Assembly (NCBI GenBank): GCA_001179505.1 | Contig: CDMY01000510.1 | Location: 290,551 to 354,449 of the forward strand | Direction of reading: 5' to 3' | DNA: 63,899 bases | Origin: Vitrella brassicaformis CCMP3155 | Taxonomy: Eukaryota > Protista > Chromerida | Shown here: positions 38,201 to 49,485 of the stretch, piece after piece | Layout of the letters: each line of letters begins with the position of its first letter | How positions within the stretch are numbered: the stretch's first letter is position 1 | Position numbers and translations under genes: made by a program | Notes under the pieces: model-generated | What the model saw: the letters and a program-made list of their open reading frames with translations, nothing else | Database searches by the model: none | Told to the model about the DNA's origin: nothing

Positions 38201-40496
38201 TGCACAGACTTTTCTCTCTCCGTGTGTGTACCTGTGTGCATTTAGGCGTGGGCGGCGGCGATGCCGGTCTATCGCAGAAAGCACCTTATGGCGCGGCAGG
38301 CCGACGCCTTCTGGCGGCTGCTGTGGCTTGAGAGGTGGAAGAGACTCTGGACTCGTAGATGCACTGACAGACACAAGTACAGTACGCTCAGACAGAGGGC
38401 AGACACACGCTCTGTCTGTCTGCACACGTGTTTCTCGCCTTTCGTGGTCTGCCAGGGTGGTAGCTGGCTTAGCCAATTCCGGTCGTCATGCGGTGAGGCG
38501 TGTCTTCACCTCTTGGAGGGCGCTCACACAGGAGTGCATGGACATCAATCGCAGCCGAGAGGTGACCGACCAACGAACGAATCAAATGCAGAGAGAGAGG
38601 GGGGAGCGGGTCAATCCATTGTGCTTTACACCTTTTCTGTGTGTACGTCAGGTGGGTGTTCGTCTGATGGAGCAGGGGGCCGACATGCGCCTCCTCGGCG
38701 CTGTCTGGCACAAGTGGGCACACCAGTGGATAGGTCAGAAGTCTGCCCACCCATCCATCCACTCAGACAGTCTCCCAGCCCACATCGATGGTGGTTGGCT
38801 TTTGTGTCTGTCATTCGTCAGCCTACCGCCGTGTGCGGCGGTCCCGCAAGCATCGGGCAGATCAGCATCGCAAGCACCAGCTCATGAAGTAGGTGGCAAC
38901 AACACAGACACAAGACGCTCGCTCTCTCTCTCTGCGTGTGTGTCATCGGTTAACCGAATGATGCAGGTCGTGTGTGCGTGAGTGGCGAGCGTATTCGGAT
39001 CGCAAAGCAGCCAAGAGGCGACGGCAGACATCCGCCACTGACCAGATCGACCGCGGCAGATGCATGCTTGTCTTCAACGCATGGAACGGTAGGTACCCAA
39101 GCCCACATGCACCACACCACGGACCACCCGACATTTATTCTCCCTCTGTGTGTGTGCAGAGGTGATGCTCCGGAGGTACGAGGCCCGCTTCCGCAAGTGC
39201 ACGGCTCTCCAGCACTGGGCGCGCACCCTCTCTTGCCGCGCCTTCCGCGCATGGCACGCCTACCACCTGCACCGGCAGCAGACCGACACGGACCGTGCGG
39301 TGGCCAAGCAAATCTTCACGCAGCGGCTGCAGCGCGACGCCGTCCACATGATGCTCACGGCATACGACAGGCAGCAGCAGGCCGACCTCGGCAGACAGTG
39401 TGCGGTGCACCAACAGAGGAGCGCTCGAGAGGTGCGGCTGGCGCAATGGGTGGCGCATCGGTGGCGGGCCTTTGTGCTGGCGAGGCGGTCACGGTGGGGA
39501 GTGGAGGAGCCCCATAGGGGTGGCATCCTGAGAAAGATGCCACCGCCACCACCGGCAGCAGCAGCAGCGGCAGCATCAGTGAGGCGATCCCCCGACCACC
39601 CATCCCCCACTGCCATACCGTTCCCCGTTCGGCATCACTATCGCTCGCCCCCCCGGCTGCCGGTGTCTCTCTCAAAAGCATCAGCCATGCTGGACGAGCT
39701 CACTGGGCAGCAGCAGACAAGGAGGAGGGCGGAGGACGTCAGCAGCAGGCGAGCGGCCATGGTGGCCATATCGTCCCGACCACCGCCACCACCGTCACCA
39801 TCACCATCGCCATCACCACAGCCCACGAGTGGTTACGCATCTCGGCTGTATGTGCGGCGTGACCGGCCGTCACCTGCACGAGGGGGGTACGGAGCATCAT
39901 CTGTCGGCGGTGGTCCACTGGCGAGGACGGACGGCCTCTCTGACGTGCCCTCGCCCCCCAGCCCACCACAGCTTATTCCAAGACGGCAGCTGGACACCTA
40001 CACACACCAGCACCAGCAGCCATCCACACACACACGCTCTCGGCCTCCCCCGCGAATACCGACGGACATCCTCACCCCGAGGGGCGGCCAGAAAGATCGA
40101 GGGCCGATTTCGGTGGCTCGCTATCCTCCCCTCCTGAGCCCGCCGAGAGCTGACCGTCCCCCTGATCTTCGCCCCCGGCCGTCAGATAGGGTGTTGCAGC
40201 TTCGAGGATCTGCCGCACCGCCAGCACGTGACGCAGCAGCTGTGGCTGTCGATGCACGTGGTGAGAGCCGGGATAGCAGCCCTGCGGTGCAGCCTGTTCG
40301 TCTGGGCAAGGAGAGCAACATCACGACCCCAGCTCCCCCGACGGACAGGCGAGATAGAGAGGAGGAGAGGGGGTCTCTTGTTGCGGCCACGGGCGGCCTG
40401 ACTGATGAGATGACAGGGCATCAGGGAGAGAAAGAGGGCTCAGACTGTGTTGGAAAGGAGGGCGGCGAGGCAGAGGGAGGGGGCGGGGGGGAGTGA
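35290..40496 (+). CDS. SFI1-like centrin-binding repeat protein with Pro/Ser-rich C-terminal tail
   Basis: Many short exons encoding A..H/Y....L...(F/W)..W repeats, e.g. LLLMAWAAW, VSGPFRAWVHLY, LLRRAFTALCWW, LSSSFRAW, VRRVFTSWRAL, LLGAVWHKW, CMLVFNAW, TALQHWARTLSCRAFRAWHAY and LAQWVAHRWRAF; final ORF 39150-40496. Confidence 0.75.
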
Positions 40497-40924
40497 GTTG
40501 AGTCGACGGTTGTGTGTGTGTGTGTGTGTGTGTGTAATGTGTATGTGGATGCGGTGGTGTGACCTGACTGGCCTCATCTGTGTGAGTATGATGCGTGTCA
40601 ACCATCGATTCAGCCACCAAAGTCGATTCATGTACGACACGGCGAGATTCCTCCAAGCAGCCCCCTGTCGTCGACGACCTGCAGCCACAAAGTACAGATC
40701 CATACACGGATCCTCTCATCTAAATTGCTCACATCTAAAGTTGGTGTTCCCACATCTATTGCAGTGCGGACGAGGCGCTCTCGATTCGGGATCAGACGTA
40801 TCGGTGTGTAGTACGGCCGCCGGCAATCCTGCTTCCTGCCGCCGCTTGTGCACGCCGTCGCGGACATCATCGAGGCCCTTTTTTTTGGCCCGCCGTTTGT
40901 TTTCAACGGTTTTTGATCTCCCCA

Positions 40925-40971
40925 CTAGCTAACGACGGAGGAAACCCTAAAGGTACACATTTAGGGTTTCC
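40925..40971 (-). mobile_element. Putative Helitron-like 3' terminus (12-bp hairpin, 11-nt spacer, CTAG followed by T)
   Basis: Perfect inverted repeat ggaaaccctaaa (40940-40951) / tttagggtttcc (40960-40971) with an 8-nt loop; on the minus strand it is followed by tccgtcgttag, then CTAG|T. No Rep/helicase ORF seen and the 5' end is not located. Confidence 0.35.
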
Positions 40972-41435
40972 CTTTTTGGCTTCATGGCGATGTCAAGCGC
41001 CCGCTGGTGGTTCGAATGGTGCGCTTCTCGAGTCGCGCGGCACAGTATCTCGCGAGCATAGTGCAATTCGATCAAGATCTGGGGCAATGGGACATTCAAA
41101 CCCTAAACCCCAACCGAGCGGCTTCAGGCTTCTGTTGCAGAACCTATAAAGACGTACGCCGAGGTGGCGTTGTCAACCTTACTACTTTGCCCGCTCCAGC
41201 TTGAGCTCCTCGGGATCCACGGCCGCCGAAGGCGGCCGGCACAATACTAGTCGACCTGAGTGAAGAACAACAAAACGTGAAGAGTAGACATTTGTAGCTT
41301 ATCCCTTCTCCGCAGGTGTGTAAGGGATCGAAAAAATGAAGGAAAAGCGCCACAGAACCATTGTCATTTTCCCTGCCTGATCTGCCTTCAGCCGGCGCGT
41401 GTTTGCGGCCATCGGCATCAGCATCCAGGCCCACA

Positions 41436-43484
41436 ATGTCCATTCGGCACTTGCGCGAGGCTGTCGGATCCATCAGGGCGGTTCCGATAGAGGCCTCGCC
41501 CCAAGGTGCGCATCTCGCCACCACCCGACTGAGGCATCGAAGCGGCGTGGTTGCCCTGCTGATCGGTCCTGCCGGCAGCGGCAAGAGCTCAGCAGTGTGC
41601 ACGGCGTGCGAGATGGCGTCTGAGCTGCAGGAGCGGCCGGTGACGCCTGTGTTTGTGGATGGTGCTGCCCTGACCGCCGGCACGACGGTGGGTGACGAGC
41701 ATCTGCACTCGGCGGCGCTCAAGTGCCTGTTGAGCGAGTTGGCGTCGCGTCTGCCGCCGCCCCACACACGGCTGGACGGCATGTCGGTGGTCGACTTGAA
41801 GCGGGAGCTGAAGGAGCTCCTCGAGATCATATCGTGCTTGCGGATGAAGGTGGTGATCGTAGTGGAGAACCTGGACCACCTGTGCCTTGCCGGCTTCGGC
41901 AGCGGCGGCCAGAACTTCCTCTACACCCTTCTCGACCTCTCACACCACGCCGCCATCGCCCCCCTGATGGTGGCCACCAGCAGAGACTTCGCCGTCAACC
42001 AACTGCTCGAGAAGCGGCTCACCTCCCGTTGGGCCGCACCCGAGGTCATCCACTTCGGCCTCCCAGGCACAGCCGAGGCGGCCACGGCTGGCGTGAGGGC
42101 GGTGCTGATGCACGCCATCGACAAGGGGTGTGGGCGGGGGGAGGGGGAGCTGGACGTGACCATGGCTGACCTGGACAGCGATCGGGCAGCTGACGAGCTG
42201 CGGCAGGACGTCAGCAACGCACTCGAGGACAAAGGCCTGCAGGTACACAGAACAGACACACACAGGAGGGAGAAGCCGGTTGGTAGCTGTCCATCCATCC
42301 ACTATCCCATTACTCATCGTATGTTGTGTGTGTATGTCAGCGTACTTTTGCTCGTTGGTGTTTGGCTGAGGTCGGCATGGGGTGGTACCTCTCCCACGTA
42401 GTCGAATTCATCGACGGCAGACGGCGGGGCGCCAAACTGGCCAACAAAGTGACCAAACTGCGAATGCTCCAAGACTCGCAGAGAAGGTCAGACAGAACAC
42501 GCAGCAACACACGACTGCACCCATCAGCCTGTGTAAGCATGTGTGTGATCATGTGTGTGCGCGCGTGTGTGTGCAGTGGCGCAGTGGCCTCGGCCTCCAG
42601 TAGTAGCCAGCAGGGCGGCCCGGGCGCAGCTGAGTACAAGCAAATCATGCCATCGGACGCCGTCATGGTGACGAGCCTCCACAGCGCACCACACACTGAT
42701 GGCCGTCATGTATGGTGTTGTCTTGTGTGTCCTTCATTCAGGGCGGGCCGTTTGATCAGTTCCGAGCGGTGGAGCGTTACCTGGTGCAGCTGGGGAGATG
42801 CGAGCACTTTGTGCTGCTGTGTCTGGCCCAGCTGTACGCCCAAGAGGTGGCCGAGAAGACCCTCGCCAAGGCCATCTTCATCTTCAGCAGGGTGTGCCGC
42901 GAGAGGTCCGGCGATGACGTCTACGTGAGGGTGCACAGCGAGTTCATGCCCTTCATCGACGGAGAGCAACAACACCCTAACAAAGTCCACCCGGTGGGTG
43001 GGTGAGCAGTGTGAACAGGGCAAGGAGGGCCGGCCATGTGCACATGACATGTCCGTATTGGCGTCGTTCACTCCCTTCCCTGCAGAAGTTCCTTAGTAGT
43101 CTGCGTGAGTTGGTGGACCTGGGTGTGGTGGGTGTGGTGCCGCCCCACCCCTCGGACCCCAATAAAAATGCGATGGCGGGGGACGGGGAGGAGGGCCTGT
43201 GTGGCCGTGACCTGGCCCGGCAGGGCCGCTGGGCGCTGACCCACTGGGACGCCGCACACTGGATGGACCTCATCATCGCATTCCCACTGTGCACAAGGTG
43301 GGCGGGCACTCTCACCAATATTGACGCACACCTTTTGCACTGCCTGTCTGTCTCTCTGGTGTGTGTCATGCCTGTGTGCAGATATTTGCAGCATGTGTCC
43401 AAGAGCAAGACCGAGAGTGTGCGCATGACTGCGTCGCTCCGCGACTGGGCCGCAGAGCTGCACAAGATCGTCAAGGAGCTATAG
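41436..43484 (+). CDS. ORC4: Origin recognition complex subunit 4 homolog (AAA+)
   Basis: LLIGPAGSGKSS (Walker A), AALKCLLSEL, VVIVVENLD, QNFLYTLLDL, LLEKRLTSRW (the ORC4 EKRVKSRF motif); downstream exons give winged-helix-like LGRCEHFVLLC...KFLSSLRELVDLGVV; TAG at 43482-43484. Confidence 0.85.
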
Positions 43485-43749
43485 ATAGACTTAGACAGAT
43501 ATCCATGTAGACTGCCCGGCCAGCAGTGCGGTGGATGAGGTGAATGAATGATGCTGGGCGGCGGCTGGCTGGCTGTTTGATGGATAGCTGATAGCTGGAA
43601 GATTACATACATGACCGGTGTACAGTCGGAGGATAGAACGATGACACAGTCTCAGTCTTTGCAAACCGACCTCAATTCTGGAGCAAAGAGTCGCGACTCA
43701 GCTCGCACGAAAAAGGGTTCGTTCGTGCGACCCCCCACGCTAACCAACA

Positions 43750-44515
43750 ATGTCAGCATCAGCAGTGCCCCGGCAGAAGGGCAAGGTCAACTATGAGGCT
43801 CGCCTTAAGGTAGGTCTATGCACGTGGCCACATGCATACGAACAGCAGATCTACGTACGTACGCCACATGATGTGTGTGTCCCTGCGCCACAGAAGGTGC
43901 TCAAGGAGGTCAAAAAGGCGCAGCGTAGCAACGAGCCGGACTTGATTAACCTCGGCTTGTGCAGCCGAGACTATTTGCCAAGGGCAGACGAGCTTGCCGA
44001 CATCACGGCGGAGGAGAAGCAGGGGCACCACGGGCGGATGGAGGAGGTCCTGTACCCCTTCCCGTCCATCATCGTCTCCAACGCGTATTCACTCCTCAAC
44101 CATCAGGAAGACGCAGGTGAGCGGTCCATGTGTGTGTCCGTGTGTGTGTGTCCATCCATCCATCCGTGTTGGCATTGATTGTGCGCTGTGTGCGGATACA
44201 AACATACGTTGCTGATTGGATGGTTGAATCAGGCGACTTCGAGACGTGCTACCCGCCGGAACGTGTCGAGCCCGATGAGTTTGAGGAAAATGTGCCGCTC
44301 ACACTGGCCATCGTAGCATCTGACCCGGTACGTCGGCAGACACATACACCGGGAGGCAGGCTAGGCAACCAACTGCCACGTATGTCTGTCTGTCTGTCTG
44401 TCTGTCTGGGATTGCTCAGTCCAAGGGCATCACTGGCGCTGACTTCATGGCACAGATCCACGCCTTCGAACAGGGAGCCTTGTGCGATCTCAAGGACCCT
44501 TGCGAGGGCGCGTAG
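43750..44515 (+). CDS. Hypothetical protein (~190 aa, 4 exons)
   Basis: MSASAVPRQKGKVNYEARLK|...LYPFPSIIVSNAYSLLNHQEDA|...YVADWMVESG...LTLAIVASDP|SKGITGADF...EGA-TAG. Exon chain approximated by eye; no family recognised. Confidence 0.6.
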
Positions 44516-45409
44516 GTTCACACGGCGGGTCCCGTATGGCCTTAATTGCATCCTTTCGATCACGGGTTTGTTTCTCTGTCGATCGATCAGGGAACTGACA
44601 GGGGCCAGGCGCCACTCGTGCGGCCGCTATTGGCTGGAGTACACGGATAGGTGCTGACTGAGCAACTTCCGCACAAGCAGGCAAGCGTGTGAGGCCGATT
44701 GGGCAATACGTGTACATGTATGTTTGCACGTGTGTGTGTAGGTGTGTATGCCTGGTCTTATGCCGAGGGGTGACCAGACGAGACAGCCGGTTTTTTCGCC
44801 TCCTGTTGGGGCCGGCCGTGAGCCACGCACTCAGCGATGAGTATGACAGGCAGGTGTGCCATCATTCTCTGGCCGTTTTTTGCGAGTCTGATTGAAACAT
44901 TGAAACATGTGTGTGCCGACCGATGGCGAGGCGGTGTGTGCGAGGGGCAGGCCAGTCCCAGAGCATTCATCAGCCGTGTACGCGTGGGTATGTTCCCGTT
45001 TTTGTGAGTGCTTATGTGCGTCGCAAAGGTGAACGAATGCCTTATTGAGTCCTCAGGCAGGCCGACGGGTTCAGAGTGAGAGTTCCTGGGTGTGGAAGGG
45101 CGTTTACGTGTGTGATCGATGGTGTGTGTGAGCATGACACATCCATGTGTGGCTCGCTGTGTTGAACCAAGTCTGTCACACGTGAATGAATGTCTGAATT
45201 GATGTGCGCCGAGTGTGCGCGAGGCGAGTCGGTCATTCAACTATCGACAACTCACTGCTCCACCATCCATCCCACATCACAACAAGAAAGTTTCGATGAG
45301 CAGCAAGTAGGCCAACCAACCATTTGCATCCGCTGCCACTCCCACCTCCCGCCCTCATCAACGAAAGAAAAAAGACGCCAGCCAAACAGCCCCACAGCCC
45401 CACTGACAG

Positions 45410-46013
45410 CTACTTGGGTATGGCCTTGGCGAGCATGCTCATGCCCTTGAGCAGCGGGTTGCCGTCGATGCGCCGCTGCATCTCGTCCATCCGCCGCTGA
45501 TGGGCCAGGTGCTCGCGCACCAGCAGGACGGCCGCCGTGATGCCGATGAGCAGCACCAGCTGGGTGAAGCGGTTGCTCAGGTCGAGCCACGGCTTCTTGT
45601 TCTTGCGCTTCGGCTCCTTCTTGTCGCTCTTGCTCTCGGCGGAGGTCTCGGTGTTGTTCTGAATCACGATGGGCGACTTCTGGTTTTGCAGGAACGCCGT
45701 GGCAATTTCAGACATGACGGCCTGATTCATGCCGTCCCTCCGCACACCAGAAGAGTCCTGCCACATCAACTGGCTCGTATTCGACGACGGATAGCACTGA
45801 AATCGAATCGTGACACACGCAAACAGAAGGAAGAAGTCCTTCAAGTGCAGTTAATCTTATCGGACAGCCCCCTGCTCCCCTGCTTACCGCTTGGAACTGG
45901 TACGCCATGCGCTTGGACCCCTCATCGACGTCACTGCCGACGCGGACCGAGGTGAAGGGGTGAGGGTGCGCCTTCTTGAAGTCGTGATCAAGAAACGAAG
46001 CGAAATCAGCCAT
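45410..46013 (-). CDS. Small single-pass membrane protein (~170 aa, 2 exons)
   Basis: Exon 1 MADFASFLDH...MAYQFQA|gtaagc; exon 2 CYPSS...FTQLVLLIGITAAVLLV (TM) REHLAHQRRMDEMQRRIDGNPLLKG...IPK-TAG; strong coding codon bias. Confidence 0.75.
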
Positions 46014-46438
46014 TCCGCCTGGCTTAGCTCCGCCGCCTCTGCCCTGTCCTCACGGCGCTATCCTGTCTTCCACGACAGCTTGCATGGAAGTTTCACTCCT
46101 GCCCTAACAGTGCAACTTTTGCTGACACAAGAAGGAAAGAGCAGAGGACTGGAACGACGCACGGAAGCGCGTCTGACATCGCTTTGGTGCGCTTGAAGTC
46201 AACCTCTTTTGGGTGAGAAGGGCGGGAGGGTGCACAACGACAAGGAAGCCGGAGGGGGTGGGATGGCCATCCCGGCGGTTGATGGCTTCCCATGTGTCTG
46301 TTCGTGTCCAAATCCGCTGTTGGCTGGCTGTGTGTGTACAGGTGTAGTTGTCGGATGGTGTGCTGCGAGTGAAGTGACGGGTCGGTTGACGGTAACGTGT
46401 CTCGCGGCTTGTTTCGCGAGTTTGCCCCCCACCCGGTG

Positions 46439-49400
46439 ATGCGAGAGTACACCGAGTCGAGCAGGAAGGACTTTTTCCGTGACACTCGCGAGGACACGTC
46501 GCCCATCGTCATGAGTGGGCCAGACGACAGCCGGAGGGGCCGTTACCGGTCCAGGAGTCGGAGTCGTGTGAGGGAGCGGAGCCGCCGGCCGCGGGAGGAC
46601 GACTACCGGCCGCAAGTCAACGGCCACGTCTCGGTGAGATGTCTAGACCACCCACGCAATGCCATTCCACAGACACTCCCACACACATCATTCCTCAGCA
46701 CCGGCCTCATGGGGACCGTTCTCGCGAGCGCCGTCGGCCGTTCGACGAGGCCGACTACGAGCAGGACCGCGCCCTCCGCCGTGCCTATGGGGAGGACTAC
46801 TATCGCATCTACTACGACAGGGCCGTCAGAGACGACAGACACAACAGGCGCAGGAAGGTAAGCTGGGCACACGACACACAACCGACACGCAACCATCCCA
46901 CGTCGCGTCACATGTCATGTGTATATATGGGTGCAGGACTCCCGTGGTCGTCGTGGTCGCTCCCGTTCGCCCCGCGACCGGTACGACGGGTACGGTCGGG
47001 GGCACGTCGGTGGTGGCCAGAGGAGGGATCGGCACCGGAGTCGGGATGAGAGCTGGAGCGTTGACGACCACCTGGAGGACGAGAGCCACCAGGAGGCCGA
47101 GGACGACAGGAAGGACGACGACATCATACACTTTGACTGGTGGGAGGGGTGGGAGATCAGGTCACTGCATCGATCGATAAGAGGGCTGGGCGAGGCGATG
47201 TGTTGTGTGCACGCGTGTGGTGTGGTGTGGCGTGTGTGTCGGTTGTTGTCACTCAGGTATGTTGGCATGCGTCTGGACAACGGGCGGTACCGTGTTGAGG
47301 GCCTCATGGGCGACGGCACCTTCGGGCGCGTACTCGAGTGTCGTGATGAAGACACAGGGAGAAGCGTGGCGGTCAAGGTCAGCACTCACACTCACCCACA
47401 CAAAAACCGCACAAGCTCCCTCACTCAGCCCCCGATGTGATTGTCTATCCATCCATCCATCGCTGTGTTGTGTCAGGTCGTTCGTGACATCGAGCGTTAC
47501 AACGAGGCCGCCCAGATCGAGGCCGACATTTTGCAGGACATCCGTGGGGCGGACCCTCAGCGTCGGTCCAACTGCGTGCAGCTGCTGCACACGTTCACGT
47601 ACCACACGAGGCGACTCACGCACCAATCCAGTGGGTATCATCAGGGCAATGCCAGTGCCAGAGGAGACAGAGGAGAGAGAGGGGGCAGGCACCGCCACGG
47701 GGGCGACAAGGACGACACACCCACCGGCGAGCACATGTGTCTGGTGTTTGAGCGGCTGGGGCCGTCGCTCTACGACTTCTTGAAGAAGAACAACTACAGG
47801 GGGTTCTACATGGAGGACGTCCAGTGCTTCGCCAGGCAGTGTCTGCAGGCACTCGCCTTCCTGCACGCACTCAACATCACACACACAGACCTCAAGGTGG
47901 GTGCCTTCGGGAGGTGGACACACCCACTCCCACATGACTCACTGACAGAAAGATGGAAAGCTCCACACACATGACATGGTATGGACTCATTCGCTCTCTG
48001 TCTGTCTGTCTGTGCAATGTCATGTACTGTGATGTAGCCTGAGAACATCTTGTTGGTCAGTAGCAATTCCTACTCGACGACCTTCCCCAGGGTATGTGTC
48101 CAGTGAGTCAGTCAAGGCAGCCTCCCACTGCCATTCTGGTGCCCTTTTGTCCGCTTGGCCGCCCCGCCACTCACGACCACTTCTGCCTGCGGCCCCTCCC
48201 TCCCGGCCCCCCTTCTCCCCCCTCTTGCTGTGTCGGTCGCCCCCCCCATCGCCTTCGACGCCGCTGATTCCTCCCTGTCTTTGCAGGACCCGACTTCGTC
48301 TGCCTCATACAAGCGACCATCGCGGACTGACGTCAAGAGTAAGGATGACAGACAGAGAGAACAGGACGGACAGGAATGAATGGCCAGTATGTTGCTTGTT
48401 TGGAATTATGTCGCTGTTTGCTTGTGTGTGTCGTTGTGTATGATGTGTGTGTAGTCATTGATTTCGGCGGTGCGACGTACGAGCACGACCACCACTCTGC
48501 GGTGATCAACACGCGGCAATATCGGGCGCCCGAAGTGATTCTAGGTGCGTGCGGTGCGGGCTGACTGACTAACAAGACAAAGACACAAACAGGCGGTCTC
48601 GACGAGCGAGGCCGCATACATCATTCTCACTGACTGAGAAACCACCCACTACACTCACTGGTGGCATTTAGATCTCGGGTGGAGTATGTCCAGCGACATC
48701 TGGTCCATCGGCTGCATACTCATCGAGCTGGTCAGCCACGCCACGCAGGCAACCAGAGAGAGAGGCAGAGACACACACAGCGATATCATCGGGGTGTGTG
48801 TGTGTGTGCAGTATACTGGGAGTTTGTTGTTCGGGACTCACGAGAACCGCGAGCACCTAGCCATGATGGTACGGTACGCACACACAGGCGACGCGACGGG
48901 GCCACCCACCCCCCACACAGGAACGAGGGGCAGACAATCGACGGGCTTATTCTTTCTGTCGTCTCAGGAGAAGGTGTTGGGTCGTTTCCCTTCCCACATG
49001 CTGCAGCGGGCACAGCAGACGACGGGCAGCAAGTACATCAAAAACGGACGATTCTCATGGTCAGACCAGGCAGCACCAGACACACCAGACAGACACACAA
49101 CAGTTTTCATCTCATCATCCGGCGGGCGGCACCCTGTCTGTGTCCTTCCCTCCCTCAGGCCCGAGAACGCTTCCCCTTCGTCGAGGCGTGCTGTGCAGCG
49201 ATGCTGTGACATCGAGGTCAGGCAGGCACTGGCTGACCAAACCAACACAACAACACACACCTATCCATCATCGCATGTGCGTGTGCGTCTGTCTGTCCAT
49301 CTGTGCATTTCGGTTGCTTTGATCAGGAGTTGGTTGAGCCGCAGCATCGCGGTTTTGCCGAGTTCGTGCGTTACTTGTTGCAGATCGACCCCGCCCGTCG

Positions 49401-49485
49401 CCCCGCGGCCACCGAGGCCCTCCGCCACTCGTTCTTCACGACCAGATTTGACGGTCGGGCCAACCGAGGCGAGAAGACCAGATGA
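46439..49485 (+). CDS. CLK: LAMMER/CLK-family dual-specificity protein kinase with RS/RD-rich N-terminus
   Basis: [39 protein letters not shown]|[34 protein letters not shown] and the signature EHLAMM|EKVLG; stop at 49483-49485. Confidence 0.95.

Noticed and set aside
43750-44515. Peptide deformylase or LAMTOR3/roadblock identity
   Set aside because: Only superficial resemblance; the GxGxAAxQ, EGCLS and HExDH motifs are absent and the similarity is too short to call.
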